The notes below the pieces were generated by a model. It saw nothing but the letters and a program-made list of their open reading frames with translations, was not told the origin of the DNA and ran no database searches. The position numbers were made by a program, and so were the translations under genes. DNA of 64,000 nt from Acidimicrobiia bacterium (GTDB lineage: Bacteria > Actinomycetota > Acidimicrobiia > Spongiisociales > ZC4RG35), in assembly GCA_965215185.1 (NCBI GenBank), contig OZ244034.1, forward strand, positions 2,144,001-2,208,000. The letters are read 5' to 3'. This document shows, piece after piece, positions 19,368 through 29,034 of the stretch. Numbering within the stretch: the stretch's first letter is position 1; every line of letters begins with the position of its first letter.

Positions 19368-21197
19368 GTGCAGGCCTCACATTCCGATAGCCTTCCCGGC
19401 ATCACCCAATCGATCCCCACTGAAATCCCCTATCCCTCCTTCGTGTGGGAAGTCGTCGTGGTGGGGGATCGCTTGGCTGCGTTGTCTTTTGCCTCGGAAG
19501 CGGCCACCGGCGGTCTGCGGCGAGTGCTGGTGCTCTCCCCTTCCGATCCCCGGATCTATCCCAGCCGATTTGAAGCGCCGGGCGTAACCGTCCGCTACAA
19601 CACAGTCGCCCGACGAATCCTCCAGGTCCCCGGACCCACTCTGGTCGTGGAGACCACCACCGGCCCGGTGACGGCCCGAGCGGTGGTGTTGGGGTTACCC
19701 AATCCCCCACCCGCGCGGCGGTCTGCCCAACTTTCGGTGGACCCCTCGGTTTCTTCCCGTGTGTACACCCATCTCGCTCAGATGGAGGATCCACCCGGCG
19801 ATGTGGTGGTGATCGGCGAGGGTGATCAACCGGTGGAGTGGACCCTCGATCTAATGGCGGCGGGAGCCAAGGTGGTGCTGTGCATTCATCACACCGAGTT
19901 CGGCCGGATGTCTTTCCTGGCCAGACGAACGGTGCGACGTTTGGAGGCCCAACGTCTGATCACCGTCTTCTGGCGGTCCCGGCCCACGCGGGTATATGAC
20001 TTGGACGGCTATCCCATGGTGTCCTTCGACGATCGCCAGACACCTGACCTGCAGTTCGACCAGGTCTTGATTGCCGGACCCGATTACTCCGCCGCCCGGA
20101 TCACGGAAAGCGCCGGGATCGAGTTTGAGCAGGGACCCCTACCTATCCACCTGTTAGTGCACGGTAATGGCGGCGAAGAGCAAATCGAAGGGGTGGTGAC
20201 CGTCCCGGCCGACCGGGCCTGGGAAACCATCCGCTCCAGACACTTTCCATCCCTGCCGTCCTCCCCCCGTACCGCCATCCCGGCGCCGCCCGGCCAGCGT
20301 TTGTTCAACCTCGAAGACCACTATTACAACGCCACCATCACTTGGTTCCGGAGGGTCAACCCCGACCTGTGGATCGTGAGAGTGCGTCCCGATCAGCGTG
20401 ATTCTCCGCTGATCCCCGGACAGTACGCCACCCTTGGCCTCGGCTATTGGGAACCAAGGGCGGATGGCGCCGAGGACCGCCTGGCCGGTGAAGAACGGCT
20501 GGTGAGAAGGTCTTATTCCATTTCTTCGCGCATCTTCGACCCGCAGGGTTATCTCACCGATCCAGCCTATGAGGAGCACCTGGAGTTCTACATAGTGCTG
20601 GTGCCGCCCACTGCGGGACGTTTGCCTTCGCTAACCCCCAGACTCGCTCTCAAACACGAGGGGGATCGGATTTATCTGGGCCCCCGCATGGCCGGGCGAT
20701 ACACCCTGTCCACGGTCACCGATCCCTTTTCCGATGTGCTGTTCCTAGCCACTGGTACCGGAGAGGCGCCCCACAATGCCATGTTGGTGGAATTGTTTCG
20801 GAGAGGTCACCAGGGCCGGGTGGTGTCGGTGGTCTCGGTTCGGTACCCCGCCGACCTGGGGTATGTGGCCCGTCACCGGGCGCTGGAGGAACGCTTCCCC
20901 AATTATCGCTACTTACCGCTGGTCACCCGCCAGGACGCCCACGGGGCGCTGCGGATGCGCGTTCAGCAACTGATCGCCGATGATCTGGTCACCAAGGAGA
21001 CCGGACTGGAGCTCGACCCTTCCCGCCTGAAGGTTTTCATGTGTGGAAATCCGGCCATGATCGGCGTACCGGAATGGATTGATGAACAACCGGTTTTCGG
21101 CCAGACCCTGGGAGTAGCCCAGCTTCTGGCCGAGCGGGGCTTTAGTCTTCCCCGTCGGGGAACAAAGGCAAACGTCCATTATGAGGAATACTGGTAG
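19368..21197 (+). CDS. fusion of a degenerate thioredoxin-reductase-like N-domain and ferredoxin-NADP+ reductase (start uncertain, 19368-19444)
   Basis: C-half: PGQY, RRSYSISS, LATGTGEAP, MCGNPAM, terminal EEYW. N-half has two Rossmann-like strands (VVVVGD, VVVIGEG). Confidence 0.8.
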   Translation: MQASHSDSLPGITQSIPTEIPYPSFVWEVVVVGDRLAALSFASEAATGGLRRVLVLSPSDPRIYPSRFEAPGVTVRYNTVARRILQVPGPTLVVETTTGPVTARAVVLGLPNPPPARRSAQLSVDPSVSSRVYTHLAQMEDPPGDVVVIGEGDQPVEWTLDLMAAGAKVVLCIHHTEFGRMSFLARRTVRRLEAQRLITVFWRSRPTRVYDLDGYPMVSFDDRQTPDLQFDQVLIAGPDYSAARITESAGIEFEQGPLPIHLLVHGNGGEEQIEGVVTVPADRAWETIRSRHFPSLPSSPRTAIPAPPGQRLFNLEDHYYNATITWFRRVNPDLWIVRVRPDQRDSPLIPGQYATLGLGYWEPRADGAEDRLAGEERLVRRSYSISSRIFDPQGYLTDPAYEEHLEFYIVLVPPTAGRLPSLTPRLALKHEGDRIYLGPRMAGRYTLSTVTDPFSDVLFLATGTGEAPHNAMLVELFRRGHQGRVVSVVSVRYPADLGYVARHRALEERFPNYRYLPLVTRQDAHGALRMRVQQLIADDLVTKETGLELDPSRLKVFMCGNPAMIGVPEWIDEQPVFGQTLGVAQLLAERGFSLPRRGTKANVHYEEYW

Positions 21198-21206
21198 AGG
21201 TCCCAA

Positions 21207-22109
21207 ATGACTGTTCCATGGAACCAAAGAGTGATCGCGGTGGTGGGAGGAGACCGTCGAGAACAGGAAATTGTCCGGCGGGCCGCGGCGACGGGAGCGC
21301 AGGTGCGAGCCCACGGGTTTCCGTGGCCGGAGCCAGGCATCATCGGAGTAAAGCTTTGCGACACCCCCGGAGCGGCGCTCGAGGGCGCCCATTATGGGCT
21401 GCTGCCCATCCCCGGCATAGCCCACGACGGCGCTCTCTTTGCCCCTGCCGCTTCCCGTCCCATCATCATCGGCCCGCAGTTACTGAAACGTATGGCTCCC
21501 GGGGCCCATCTGATCCTGGGCGCGGCCGATCATCGTCTGCGGGCGGCGGCAGACCAGAGCGCGGTGAGAATTCAGGAATACGAGGACGACCGGGAGTTGA
21601 TGCTGCAGAGGGGTCCGGCCATCGTGGAGGGCGCGGTGGAAAAGATGATCCAACTCACCGACATCACCATTCACAACGCCAGGGTGGGGGTTGTGGGCCA
21701 GGGAACTATCGGTTCGCTTCTCACCCGCACCCTGGTGCTACTGGGCGCCAGGGTGCTGGTTGCGGCCCGAAATCCCGTTCAGCGGGCGGCGGCGGAAACG
21801 ATCGGAGCTACCGCTGTTCCGCTTGATCAACTCCCCGAGCATGCCCAACGATTGGATATGCTCCTATCCACTGTCCCCGTCCAGGTGGTAGGTGACGAAG
21901 TTCTCCTGGCTCTGGCGGCCGGTTGTCTGGTAATGGATTTGGCGGCGCCGCCGGGAGGGGTCGACTTGGATCGGGCTGCAGAATTGGGACACCTCACCTG
22001 CTGGGCCAGGGGCTTGGGCGACCGGGCGCCCGTCACGGTGGGCGCCTCCCAATGGGAAGGTATCCGACGCAGAATCGAACAGATCGAAGAGGCCGCGCAT
22101 GAAAGCTGA
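21207..22109 (+). CDS. dipicolinate synthase subunit A (DpaA/SpoVFA)-like NAD(P)-binding dehydrogenase
   Basis: IAVVGGDRRE N-domain, VEGA..TDITIHNA, GQGTIG, MDLAAPPGGVD, GLGDRAPVTVG. Confidence 0.82.
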   Translation: MTVPWNQRVIAVVGGDRREQEIVRRAAATGAQVRAHGFPWPEPGIIGVKLCDTPGAALEGAHYGLLPIPGIAHDGALFAPAASRPIIIGPQLLKRMAPGAHLILGAADHRLRAAADQSAVRIQEYEDDRELMLQRGPAIVEGAVEKMIQLTDITIHNARVGVVGQGTIGSLLTRTLVLLGARVLVAARNPVQRAAAETIGATAVPLDQLPEHAQRLDMLLSTVPVQVVGDEVLLALAAGCLVMDLAAPPGGVDLDRAAELGHLTCWARGLGDRAPVTVGASQWEGIRRRIEQIEEAAHES

Positions 22110-23445
22110 CCTGGTTGTAAGAAACGCCCGAGTGGTGACCCACACCGGAGAATTCCGGGGCGGAGTCTCGGTGGTGGGAGAACAGATCTCCACCGTGGGC
22201 AGGAACGAAGAGTTGCCACCCGCGCGGCGAATCATCGACGCCGGAGGTCTGGCTCTCATGCCGGGGGTCATCGACCCCCACTGTCATCTGGGGGTCAACT
22301 ATCCCTATGACCAGGACATGGACACCGAGACCGAAGCCGCCGCCCGGGGCGGAATAACCACCGTCCTGCTCTATATCCGCAATCTGGAGCCCTCGTATCT
22401 GCCCTTTTACCGGGACCGTCGCCGGCGCGGAGAGGCGGTGGCCCGTATCGACTTCGGCTTTCATTTCGGGATCCAAAGAGAAGAGCACATCGCCGAGATT
22501 CCTCGCATCGCGGCGGAAACCGGAGTGCAGTCTTTCAAGTGCTATTTCGGATACGAGCAGAAGAACCCAATCGGGATAGTGCCTGCCGACGACGGATGGG
22601 TTTACACCGCCATGACCAAGATCCGGGACCTTCCCAAAGGTGTGATCTCCGTTCACTGTGAAAACACCGAGATCGCCCGGTGGATAAAGCGCTCCGTGCA
22701 GGCCACTGGACGTCAGGATCTGGGCGCCTACAGCGAGTCGCGACCGGCCTTTTGTGAAGAGGAAACCATCGCCAGAATGATCTTTTTGGCCGAACTCACC
22801 GGGTGTCCACTCTATGTAGTGCACACCAGCGTGGCGGCAGGGCCAAAACTGGCTGCCCAAGCCCGCGCCCGGGGAGTGGACGTCACCATCGAGACCTGCC
22901 CCCACTATCTGGTGCGCACCGCCTACGATCCGGATCTGGACATACGCGCCAAAATCTCGCCTCCCCTGCGGGACTCCGAGCAGCAGGAAGGTCTATGGGA
23001 AGGCATTCTCGCCGGCCAGGTGGGATCGATCGGATCGGACCATGTTCCCTTCTTCCCCAAGAAGGGCGAGGACCTGTGGGAGGAAAAACCGGGGGTGGTC
23101 TCCTTTCCGTGGGAGTTGGCGCTCCTGATGGAACATGGCGTTCATCGCCGGGGGCTGCCCCTCTCCCAACTGGTGGAGTTGAATTCTTACGGACCCGCCC
23201 GCAGGTTCGGTCTCTATCCTCGCAAGGGTGCCATCCTCCCCGGCTCCGATGCCGACTTGGTGCTGGTCGATCCCGACCGGGTGGACACGGTCCGCCACAC
23301 CGGCAACGGCACCTGCATCTATGAGGGGATGCAGTTGCGGGGATGGCCGGTGATGACGGTGAGCCGCGGCCGGGTGGTGTACGAGAACGGGGAAGTGGAT
23401 CCCGACTCGCTGGGCCACGGGCGCTGCGTGACCCGCCCCGATTGA
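22099..23445 (+). CDS. cyclic amidohydrolase (dihydropyrimidinase/allantoinase/dihydroorotase-like)
   Basis: IDPHCH, SFK (carbamylated Lys), VHCEN, VVH, ETCPHYL, SPPLR, GSDH. Confidence 0.9.
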   Translation: MKADLVVRNARVVTHTGEFRGGVSVVGEQISTVGRNEELPPARRIIDAGGLALMPGVIDPHCHLGVNYPYDQDMDTETEAAARGGITTVLLYIRNLEPSYLPFYRDRRRRGEAVARIDFGFHFGIQREEHIAEIPRIAAETGVQSFKCYFGYEQKNPIGIVPADDGWVYTAMTKIRDLPKGVISVHCENTEIARWIKRSVQATGRQDLGAYSESRPAFCEEETIARMIFLAELTGCPLYVVHTSVAAGPKLAAQARARGVDVTIETCPHYLVRTAYDPDLDIRAKISPPLRDSEQQEGLWEGILAGQVGSIGSDHVPFFPKKGEDLWEEKPGVVSFPWELALLMEHGVHRRGLPLSQLVELNSYGPARRFGLYPRKGAILPGSDADLVLVDPDRVDTVRHTGNGTCIYEGMQLRGWPVMTVSRGRVVYENGEVDPDSLGHGRCVTRPD

Positions 23446-23531
23446 ACCAACCAGCCAGATCCGCAAAAACCCCTAAAGTGCAATAGCATTCACCTTTTCG
23501 TGAGGTGAGCAGTCAGGCAAGGGAGCAAACG

Positions 23532-24128
23532 ATGAGAATTCTGGTGGTGTGGGCACATCCTTTGGCCGAGAGCTACTCGGCTGCCCTCAAGAATCGGGCC
23601 GTGTCCACCCTGGAGGAAGCCAGTCACCAAATCGACCTCTTGGATCTGTATTCCGAAAACTTCGACCCGGTTCTCTCAGCTCAGGAGCGGCGGGACTATC
23701 ACGAAATCGGACCCAACCTCGCCATTGTCCGTCCGTACGTGGAGCGCCTACAAGCCGCTGAGGGGCTACTGTTGATTTTCCCAACCTGGAGTTTCGGGTA
23801 TCCGGCCATTCTGACCGGATGGCTGCAGCGGGTGTGGATTCCCGGAGTGGCCTTCGGGCTCCGAGATGAGGGAGGTCCCATCATCCGAGGTTTGCTGGGA
23901 ATCCGGAAAGTGGCGGCCGTCACCACCACCGGGTCTCCATGGTGGTATGTGTGGGCGGTGGGCAACCCGGCCAAACGGGTGTTGAAGCGGGGTCATCGGG
24001 TCATGTTCGCCCCGGGGTGCCGGGTGAAATGGCTGGATCTCAACAATATGAACAAGGACTCCCCGAGCAAGAGGGCAAGATTCCTGACCAAATTGGAACG
24101 CAAACTCCCAGCCTTCTTCGCCGGCTAG
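23532..24128 (+). CDS. NAD(P)H dehydrogenase (quinone), flavodoxin-like fold
   Basis: WAHP, DLY..NFDP, FPTWSFGYPAIL.GW, TTTGSP. Confidence 0.9.
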   Translation: MRILVVWAHPLAESYSAALKNRAVSTLEEASHQIDLLDLYSENFDPVLSAQERRDYHEIGPNLAIVRPYVERLQAAEGLLLIFPTWSFGYPAILTGWLQRVWIPGVAFGLRDEGGPIIRGLLGIRKVAAVTTTGSPWWYVWAVGNPAKRVLKRGHRVMFAPGCRVKWLDLNNMNKDSPSKRARFLTKLERKLPAFFAG

Positions 24129-24163
24129 CGGCAAGTTGCCAGAACCCTTATCGTTTCAACCGC

Positions 24164-25279
24164 TCAGCTGATCGTGATAAGTTGGCGGTTGTGGTTCACG
24201 TCGGACAAGAGGTGAGCGCCCCGGGCGGTCACCGACACCATGTCCTTGAGTTGCAGACCGAAGCCGTGGCCGGTGTCGTAGGCCAGGGGCTCGACACCGA
24301 ACACCATGCCCTCTTCCAGTATCTGATCGTGGCGAGCGCTCAAATACGGATCCTCGTGGAGGCAAAGTCCGATCCCATGGCCCACGAAGGAAAACAGCGG
24401 CAGCCCGAGCGGAGCGAAGAGCTCCTCGAATCGGTCCCACACCCATCGGCTGGAGACCCCTGGCCCGATGGCGTCCAGCAGGACATCACGGCACTCCACC
24501 AGATTGGACCAGATCTCCACCGCCGCGGGAGGTGGAGTCCCCACCACCGCAGTGCGGCATACGCCGGCGTGATACCCCTCTGCCACCGCGAAGATCTCCA
24601 CTCGACAGACATCTCCTTCGCGAAGAATCCGACCGGTAGGCCCGACGTTGGCTAGTTGGCTGCGGGGGCCGGTGGCCACGATCATCAACTCGAAATCCTC
24701 CGCTCCTCCCCGATAGATTCCATCGGTTAGGGCAGCGGCTATCTCCATCTCGGTATCCCCCGCTTTTACCGACCGCAATGCCCCGCCGATCGAGGCGTCG
24801 GCGATTCTTGACAATCGGGTCAGCAGTTCCAACTCGTCCGGGGTCTTGACCTGCCGCTGCCTCACCAACCACTGGTCGGCAGGCACCCACTCCACCTGCG
24901 GCGCAGCCTCCCGAAGGCGGGCGAAATCGGCCGCCGACAAATAGCTTAACTCCACCCCCAACCGGCCCCGCCCCAGGCCAAGACCCTCCAACAGGTGCGC
25001 CAGGCAAATCATCGGATCGTCATCGAACTCGTCCCACACCGCCATCTGGGATGTCCCCGCCCCCTGGCGGACCATACCCTCTTCCACCCCAACGCACATC
25101 ACAGCCGGATCGCCACCCGTTGGCAAGACCACCGCCGCATGCCGCCAGCGCATCAATGGATGGGAAGGCACCACGAACCCGGCCAGGTAAGCGAAGTTCT
25201 CCGGAGAAGACACCACCAAGCCGTCCCATCCCTGCTCCTCCAAGGCTGAGCGGAGACGGACGATGACTTGCTCTCTCAT
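24164..25279 (-). CDS. M24 family hydrolase (Xaa-Pro peptidase fold, creatinase/ectoine-hydrolase-like)
   Basis: Creatinase-type N-domain (NFAYLAGF), VKTPDE, GHGIGL.LHE.P, VEP; several metal ligands are substituted. Confidence 0.88.
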   Translation of the reverse strand: MREQVIVRLRSALEEQGWDGLVVSSPENFAYLAGFVVPSHPLMRWRHAAVVLPTGGDPAVMCVGVEEGMVRQGAGTSQMAVWDEFDDDPMICLAHLLEGLGLGRGRLGVELSYLSAADFARLREAAPQVEWVPADQWLVRQRQVKTPDELELLTRLSRIADASIGGALRSVKAGDTEMEIAAALTDGIYRGGAEDFELMIVATGPRSQLANVGPTGRILREGDVCRVEIFAVAEGYHAGVCRTAVVGTPPPAAVEIWSNLVECRDVLLDAIGPGVSSRWVWDRFEELFAPLGLPLFSFVGHGIGLCLHEDPYLSARHDQILEEGMVFGVEPLAYDTGHGFGLQLKDMVSVTARGAHLLSDVNHNRQLITIS

Positions 25280-25394
25280 TTGGGCAATCCCTTGGGTAGT
25301 CGATTGAAGAGTAACAAGCGACGCCGGTTGGACATCCCAACGGTGCGGTATCGTTGGCGGCGCAGAACCGCGACTCTAAGGAGCCTTCCAAAAC

Positions 25395-26297
25395 ATGGAA
25401 CATGTGTCCCCCATCTCGGTTCTCGGGCCTGCCCTCCCGTTCGAAACCCTGTTCGATGTCGAGCTCCCCGGTCCGAGCGAGGGCCTCGAACTACATCCCG
25501 ATTTTGCCGCCGTCTACGGAGGGCCGCTCCGGCTTCGTCCGGCCACCGACGGACTTCCGCTCTTGGCCATGAACTTCGTGGCCGCCCACGACGGTCGGGT
25601 GGCCTTCAATCATCCTGATCACCGTGGAGGGGGCCCGATATCAGGGTTCGACGACAACGATGTCTGGCTGATGGGACTCCTTCGGGCTCGCGCCGATGCG
25701 GTGGTGATCGGAGAAGGAACGCTTCGGGCCGAACCCAGCCAAATCAACACCCCCGAGGACATTTACCCCCGGGATGTGGAGGCGTTTAACGCCCTCCGTC
25801 ATCATGAGAACCGGTCCGATCTGCCCATCTTCTCATACATCACTTTTGCCGGGAACCTCCCGCCCGAGTCTCGGGTCTTTTCCCTGGCGCAGGCCCATGT
25901 GGTGGTGGCCACCACCACCACCGGGGCCCGACGGGTCCGGGAAGCGGTCCGTCCGGCCGGCAGGTTGGACATATTGGAATTCGGAGCTGACGGCGTGGAT
26001 CTGCAGCGTTACGCCCGCATGATGGCCGACAACTATGGGGTGAATTTTCTCTTGTGCGAGGGCGGGGCCACCCTGTACGGGGCCTTCCTGGCAGCCGGAG
26101 TGGTCGATGAGCCGTTCATCACCCGTTCCCCGCTGGTGGTCGGCGAAAATCGCGACAATCGGCGTCCCAGCCTGGTGGAGGGAACCGGCTGGCTTCCCGA
26201 TCAGGCGCCGCGGATGGAGATTCTCTCGGTCCGCAAAGCGGGCAACTACCTCTACATGCGTTACCGGGCGCGATATGCCGACGGCGACCGCCGGTAA
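25395..26297 (+). CDS. RibD C-terminal / dihydrofolate reductase family reductase
   Basis: NFVAAHDG, LRARADAVVIGEGTLRAE, LLCEGGATL, VVDE. Confidence 0.87.
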   Translation: MEHVSPISVLGPALPFETLFDVELPGPSEGLELHPDFAAVYGGPLRLRPATDGLPLLAMNFVAAHDGRVAFNHPDHRGGGPISGFDDNDVWLMGLLRARADAVVIGEGTLRAEPSQINTPEDIYPRDVEAFNALRHHENRSDLPIFSYITFAGNLPPESRVFSLAQAHVVVATTTTGARRVREAVRPAGRLDILEFGADGVDLQRYARMMADNYGVNFLLCEGGATLYGAFLAAGVVDEPFITRSPLVVGENRDNRRPSLVEGTGWLPDQAPRMEILSVRKAGNYLYMRYRARYADGDRR

Positions 26298-26316
26298 GAA
26301 ATAGGAGACAGCACCA

Positions 26317-27771
26317 GTGGCGGACCCTGCCTCCTTGACACTGATCGAACACTTGGAGTTTGCCATCACCTGTGACGGGGACGACCGCCTGGTCAACAAT
26401 GCCGCGGTGCTCATTGAAGGCGACCGAATCATCGACCTGGGGACCACGGCTGAAGTGAATGGTCGCCTTGCCCGTCTAACCCCCGACCGTCCAGTCGAGA
26501 GGCGAAACGGACGACGGCGGGGACTCACTCCCGGATTTGTCGACTCCCACGTTCATCTCTCTGAGACTTTGTCCCGGGCAGTCTTTCCGGACGTCATCGA
26601 CACCCGCACCTGGGTTTTTCACTGGGCCAAGCCCTTTTATGCCCATGTCAGCCCCCAGGACGAGGAGGTGGGATCGTTGCTGGGAACGGCCGAGATGTTG
26701 CGGGGAGGCACAACCTGTTTTCTGGACATGGGCGCCCAGAACGACCCGGCGCCGGTGGCCTCCGCCGTGGAGCAAACCGGGATCAGGGGGATCACCGGTC
26801 GTCATGCCGCCGACGTCAAACCAAAGGAAATACCCCCCGGGTGGTCGGCCGAGATGGTCGACCACCATTTCTTTTCTGACGCCGACCACGCACTGGAAGC
26901 CCTGGCGGAGACAGTCCGAACCTGGAACGGGGCGGCCGACGGTCGCCTCGGGGTCTGGGTCAACATCGAGGGAAAGGAACCCTGCAGCCTGGAGCTTCAT
27001 GTCGGCGCCCGGGAACTGGCCTCCCACCTGGGAGTCGGCACCACCTATCATCTGGCCACTTCCCTACCCGAAGCGCAAATCTCCCAGCGCCGTTACGGGA
27101 CCTGGCCCATCACCCGGGTCGCCCGAGCGGGTGGACTGGGGGACAACCTGGTTATCGCCCATGCCGTGGCAGTCTCGGCTGAGGAGGTCGAGTTGCTTTC
27201 CGCCTATGGGACAAAAGTGGCGTTCTGTCCTTCCACCTCTCTGAAACTGGCCAAGGGCGCCGCCGCCATCGGCAAATATCCGGAGATGTTGGAGGCGGGG
27301 GTAACCGTGGGGTTGGGGACCGACGGCGTCTCGGCCTCGGGAAACCTAAACCTGCACCGACAGATTCATCTGGCCGCCGGCCTCTTCAAGGACGCCCGCA
27401 TGGACGCCTCTCTGGTGGGGGCCACCCAGGCGCTGCGCATGGCCACCATCGATGGGGCAAGGGCACTGGGAATGCAGACTCAGATCGGATCACTTGAGGT
27501 GGGCAAGAAAGCCGATCTGGTGCTATGGGACCTCGATCATCCCGATTGGGTTCCTTATGGGGATCCTGTCTCTGCGCTGGTGTGGTCGGTGTCTACTGCA
27601 TCAGTGCATGAGACTTGGGTGAACGGGCGTGCCTGCTACCGGGATGGCCGGGTGGTGGGGATAGACGAAAAAGCCCTCCACGCCGAGGCGAGGAGCCGAG
27701 CTGAAGACATCCGGCAGCGAGCCGGACTCAACCGCAAGGAAATCCCGTTGTCCACCGAACTCTACCGCTAG
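26317..27771 (+). CDS. amidohydrolase (MTA/SAH deaminase, AtzA-like)
   Basis: PGFVDSHVH, IAH, FCPST, LGTDG, MATIDGA, GKKAD. Confidence 0.9.
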   Translation: MADPASLTLIEHLEFAITCDGDDRLVNNAAVLIEGDRIIDLGTTAEVNGRLARLTPDRPVERRNGRRRGLTPGFVDSHVHLSETLSRAVFPDVIDTRTWVFHWAKPFYAHVSPQDEEVGSLLGTAEMLRGGTTCFLDMGAQNDPAPVASAVEQTGIRGITGRHAADVKPKEIPPGWSAEMVDHHFFSDADHALEALAETVRTWNGAADGRLGVWVNIEGKEPCSLELHVGARELASHLGVGTTYHLATSLPEAQISQRRYGTWPITRVARAGGLGDNLVIAHAVAVSAEEVELLSAYGTKVAFCPSTSLKLAKGAAAIGKYPEMLEAGVTVGLGTDGVSASGNLNLHRQIHLAAGLFKDARMDASLVGATQALRMATIDGARALGMQTQIGSLEVGKKADLVLWDLDHPDWVPYGDPVSALVWSVSTASVHETWVNGRACYRDGRVVGIDEKALHAEARSRAEDIRQRAGLNRKEIPLSTELYR

Positions 27772-27776
27772 TCACT

Positions 27777-28985
27777 ATGATCACCCACCCCGATCAGTTG
27801 TCCATAGGGGATCGCCCTGCTTCCATCGGCCCGGTCAGCGTCCCCGGATACGACCGGCCTCAAGTCATCTTCTTGGAAAGTGGTCGCATCAAGGCGGTCA
27901 GCGCCGCCCCTACCCATTCCGGTGAATCCCCAGCCGGACCAACCCATCTGGCACTGCCCTCTTTTGCCGAGCCCCATCTGCATCCTGACCGCGCCTATGT
28001 CGGCTCCCCACGTCCCCCGCGCTCCCTGGATGACGCCATCGAGATGGGTGCCCGCCCGGCCGGCTACATTGCTGACACGGCCGCCGAGCGGGCCCGACGG
28101 CTGTTCTCGACCCTGGCGGCAAATGGCGCCACCAGTGCCCGGGCTCATGTTGGACACCTTCCCGAACACATCGCCCCGCCCCGCTGGCCGGTCATGGCGG
28201 AGGTACGACAGGAATTGGCCCATCTCATGCAGATCGAATTGGTCGCCTTTGCCGTGGATGACGCCTTGATCGACCCAGATGAAGTGAGAAAGCTCCACCG
28301 GCACCTCTCCCTCGGCAGGTACCAACTCTTGGGGGGCTCGCCCAACCACGACTCCCAACCCCGCCGGGCAGTCAGCACCATCATGAAACTCGCGGCCCGC
28401 ACCGAAGTGGAAGTGGATGTTCATATTGACGAAACGCTCGACCCCACTCGCCTGCTAATGGACTTTGCCCTCGACGAGGTGGAGAGCCACGACCTGGCCG
28501 GCCGGGTTTCTTTCAGCCACTGCTGCTTGCTGAGCGCTCTTCCTGAACAACAGACCCGCGCTTTGGCCCGCCGCATGGCCGGACTGGGAGTCACGGTCAT
28601 CTGTTTACCCCGGACCAACCTGATTCTCCACGAATACGGCAACCATTCGCCCCGGCGGGCCCTGGCCCCCATCAACCTGCTCATCGAGGAGGGGGTGCGG
28701 GTGCGGTTGGGAGTGGACAATGTGGATGACACCTTTTGCCCGTTCCCCACCGCCGACACCCTGGAAGTTGGGTATCTGGCCAGACTGGCGGGGCACCTCT
28801 ACGACGATGCGCGGCTCCTGTCCTCCCTTACCGATGGTCGATCTACCCTCCAGGCGGGTGAGGCCGCGGATCTGGCCCTGGTGAAGGCAAATACCCTCAA
28901 CGAGGCTCTCGCCCATCGTCCCAGGCGGATTACCATGAGGACAGGCGCAGTGGTCGCTTCTGACAATAAAACGAAGACAGAATAG
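27777..28985 (+). CDS. cytosine/creatinine/pterin deaminase-like amidohydrolase
   Basis: EPHLHPD, DVHIDET, SHCCLL, LPRTNL, GVDNVDD.F.PF. Confidence 0.85.
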   Translation: MITHPDQLSIGDRPASIGPVSVPGYDRPQVIFLESGRIKAVSAAPTHSGESPAGPTHLALPSFAEPHLHPDRAYVGSPRPPRSLDDAIEMGARPAGYIADTAAERARRLFSTLAANGATSARAHVGHLPEHIAPPRWPVMAEVRQELAHLMQIELVAFAVDDALIDPDEVRKLHRHLSLGRYQLLGGSPNHDSQPRRAVSTIMKLAARTEVEVDVHIDETLDPTRLLMDFALDEVESHDLAGRVSFSHCCLLSALPEQQTRALARRMAGLGVTVICLPRTNLILHEYGNHSPRRALAPINLLIEEGVRVRLGVDNVDDTFCPFPTADTLEVGYLARLAGHLYDDARLLSSLTDGRSTLQAGEAADLALVKANTLNEALAHRPRRITMRTGAVVASDNKTKTE

Positions 28986-29034
28986 GGGATCAAAAATTTC
29001 CGACCCTCAAACCTCTCACGCCCGGCCCTCTCGG

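Noticed and set aside
21207-22109. Evidence for endospore formation
   Set aside because: There is no dpaB or other spo gene in the window, and the context is catabolic.
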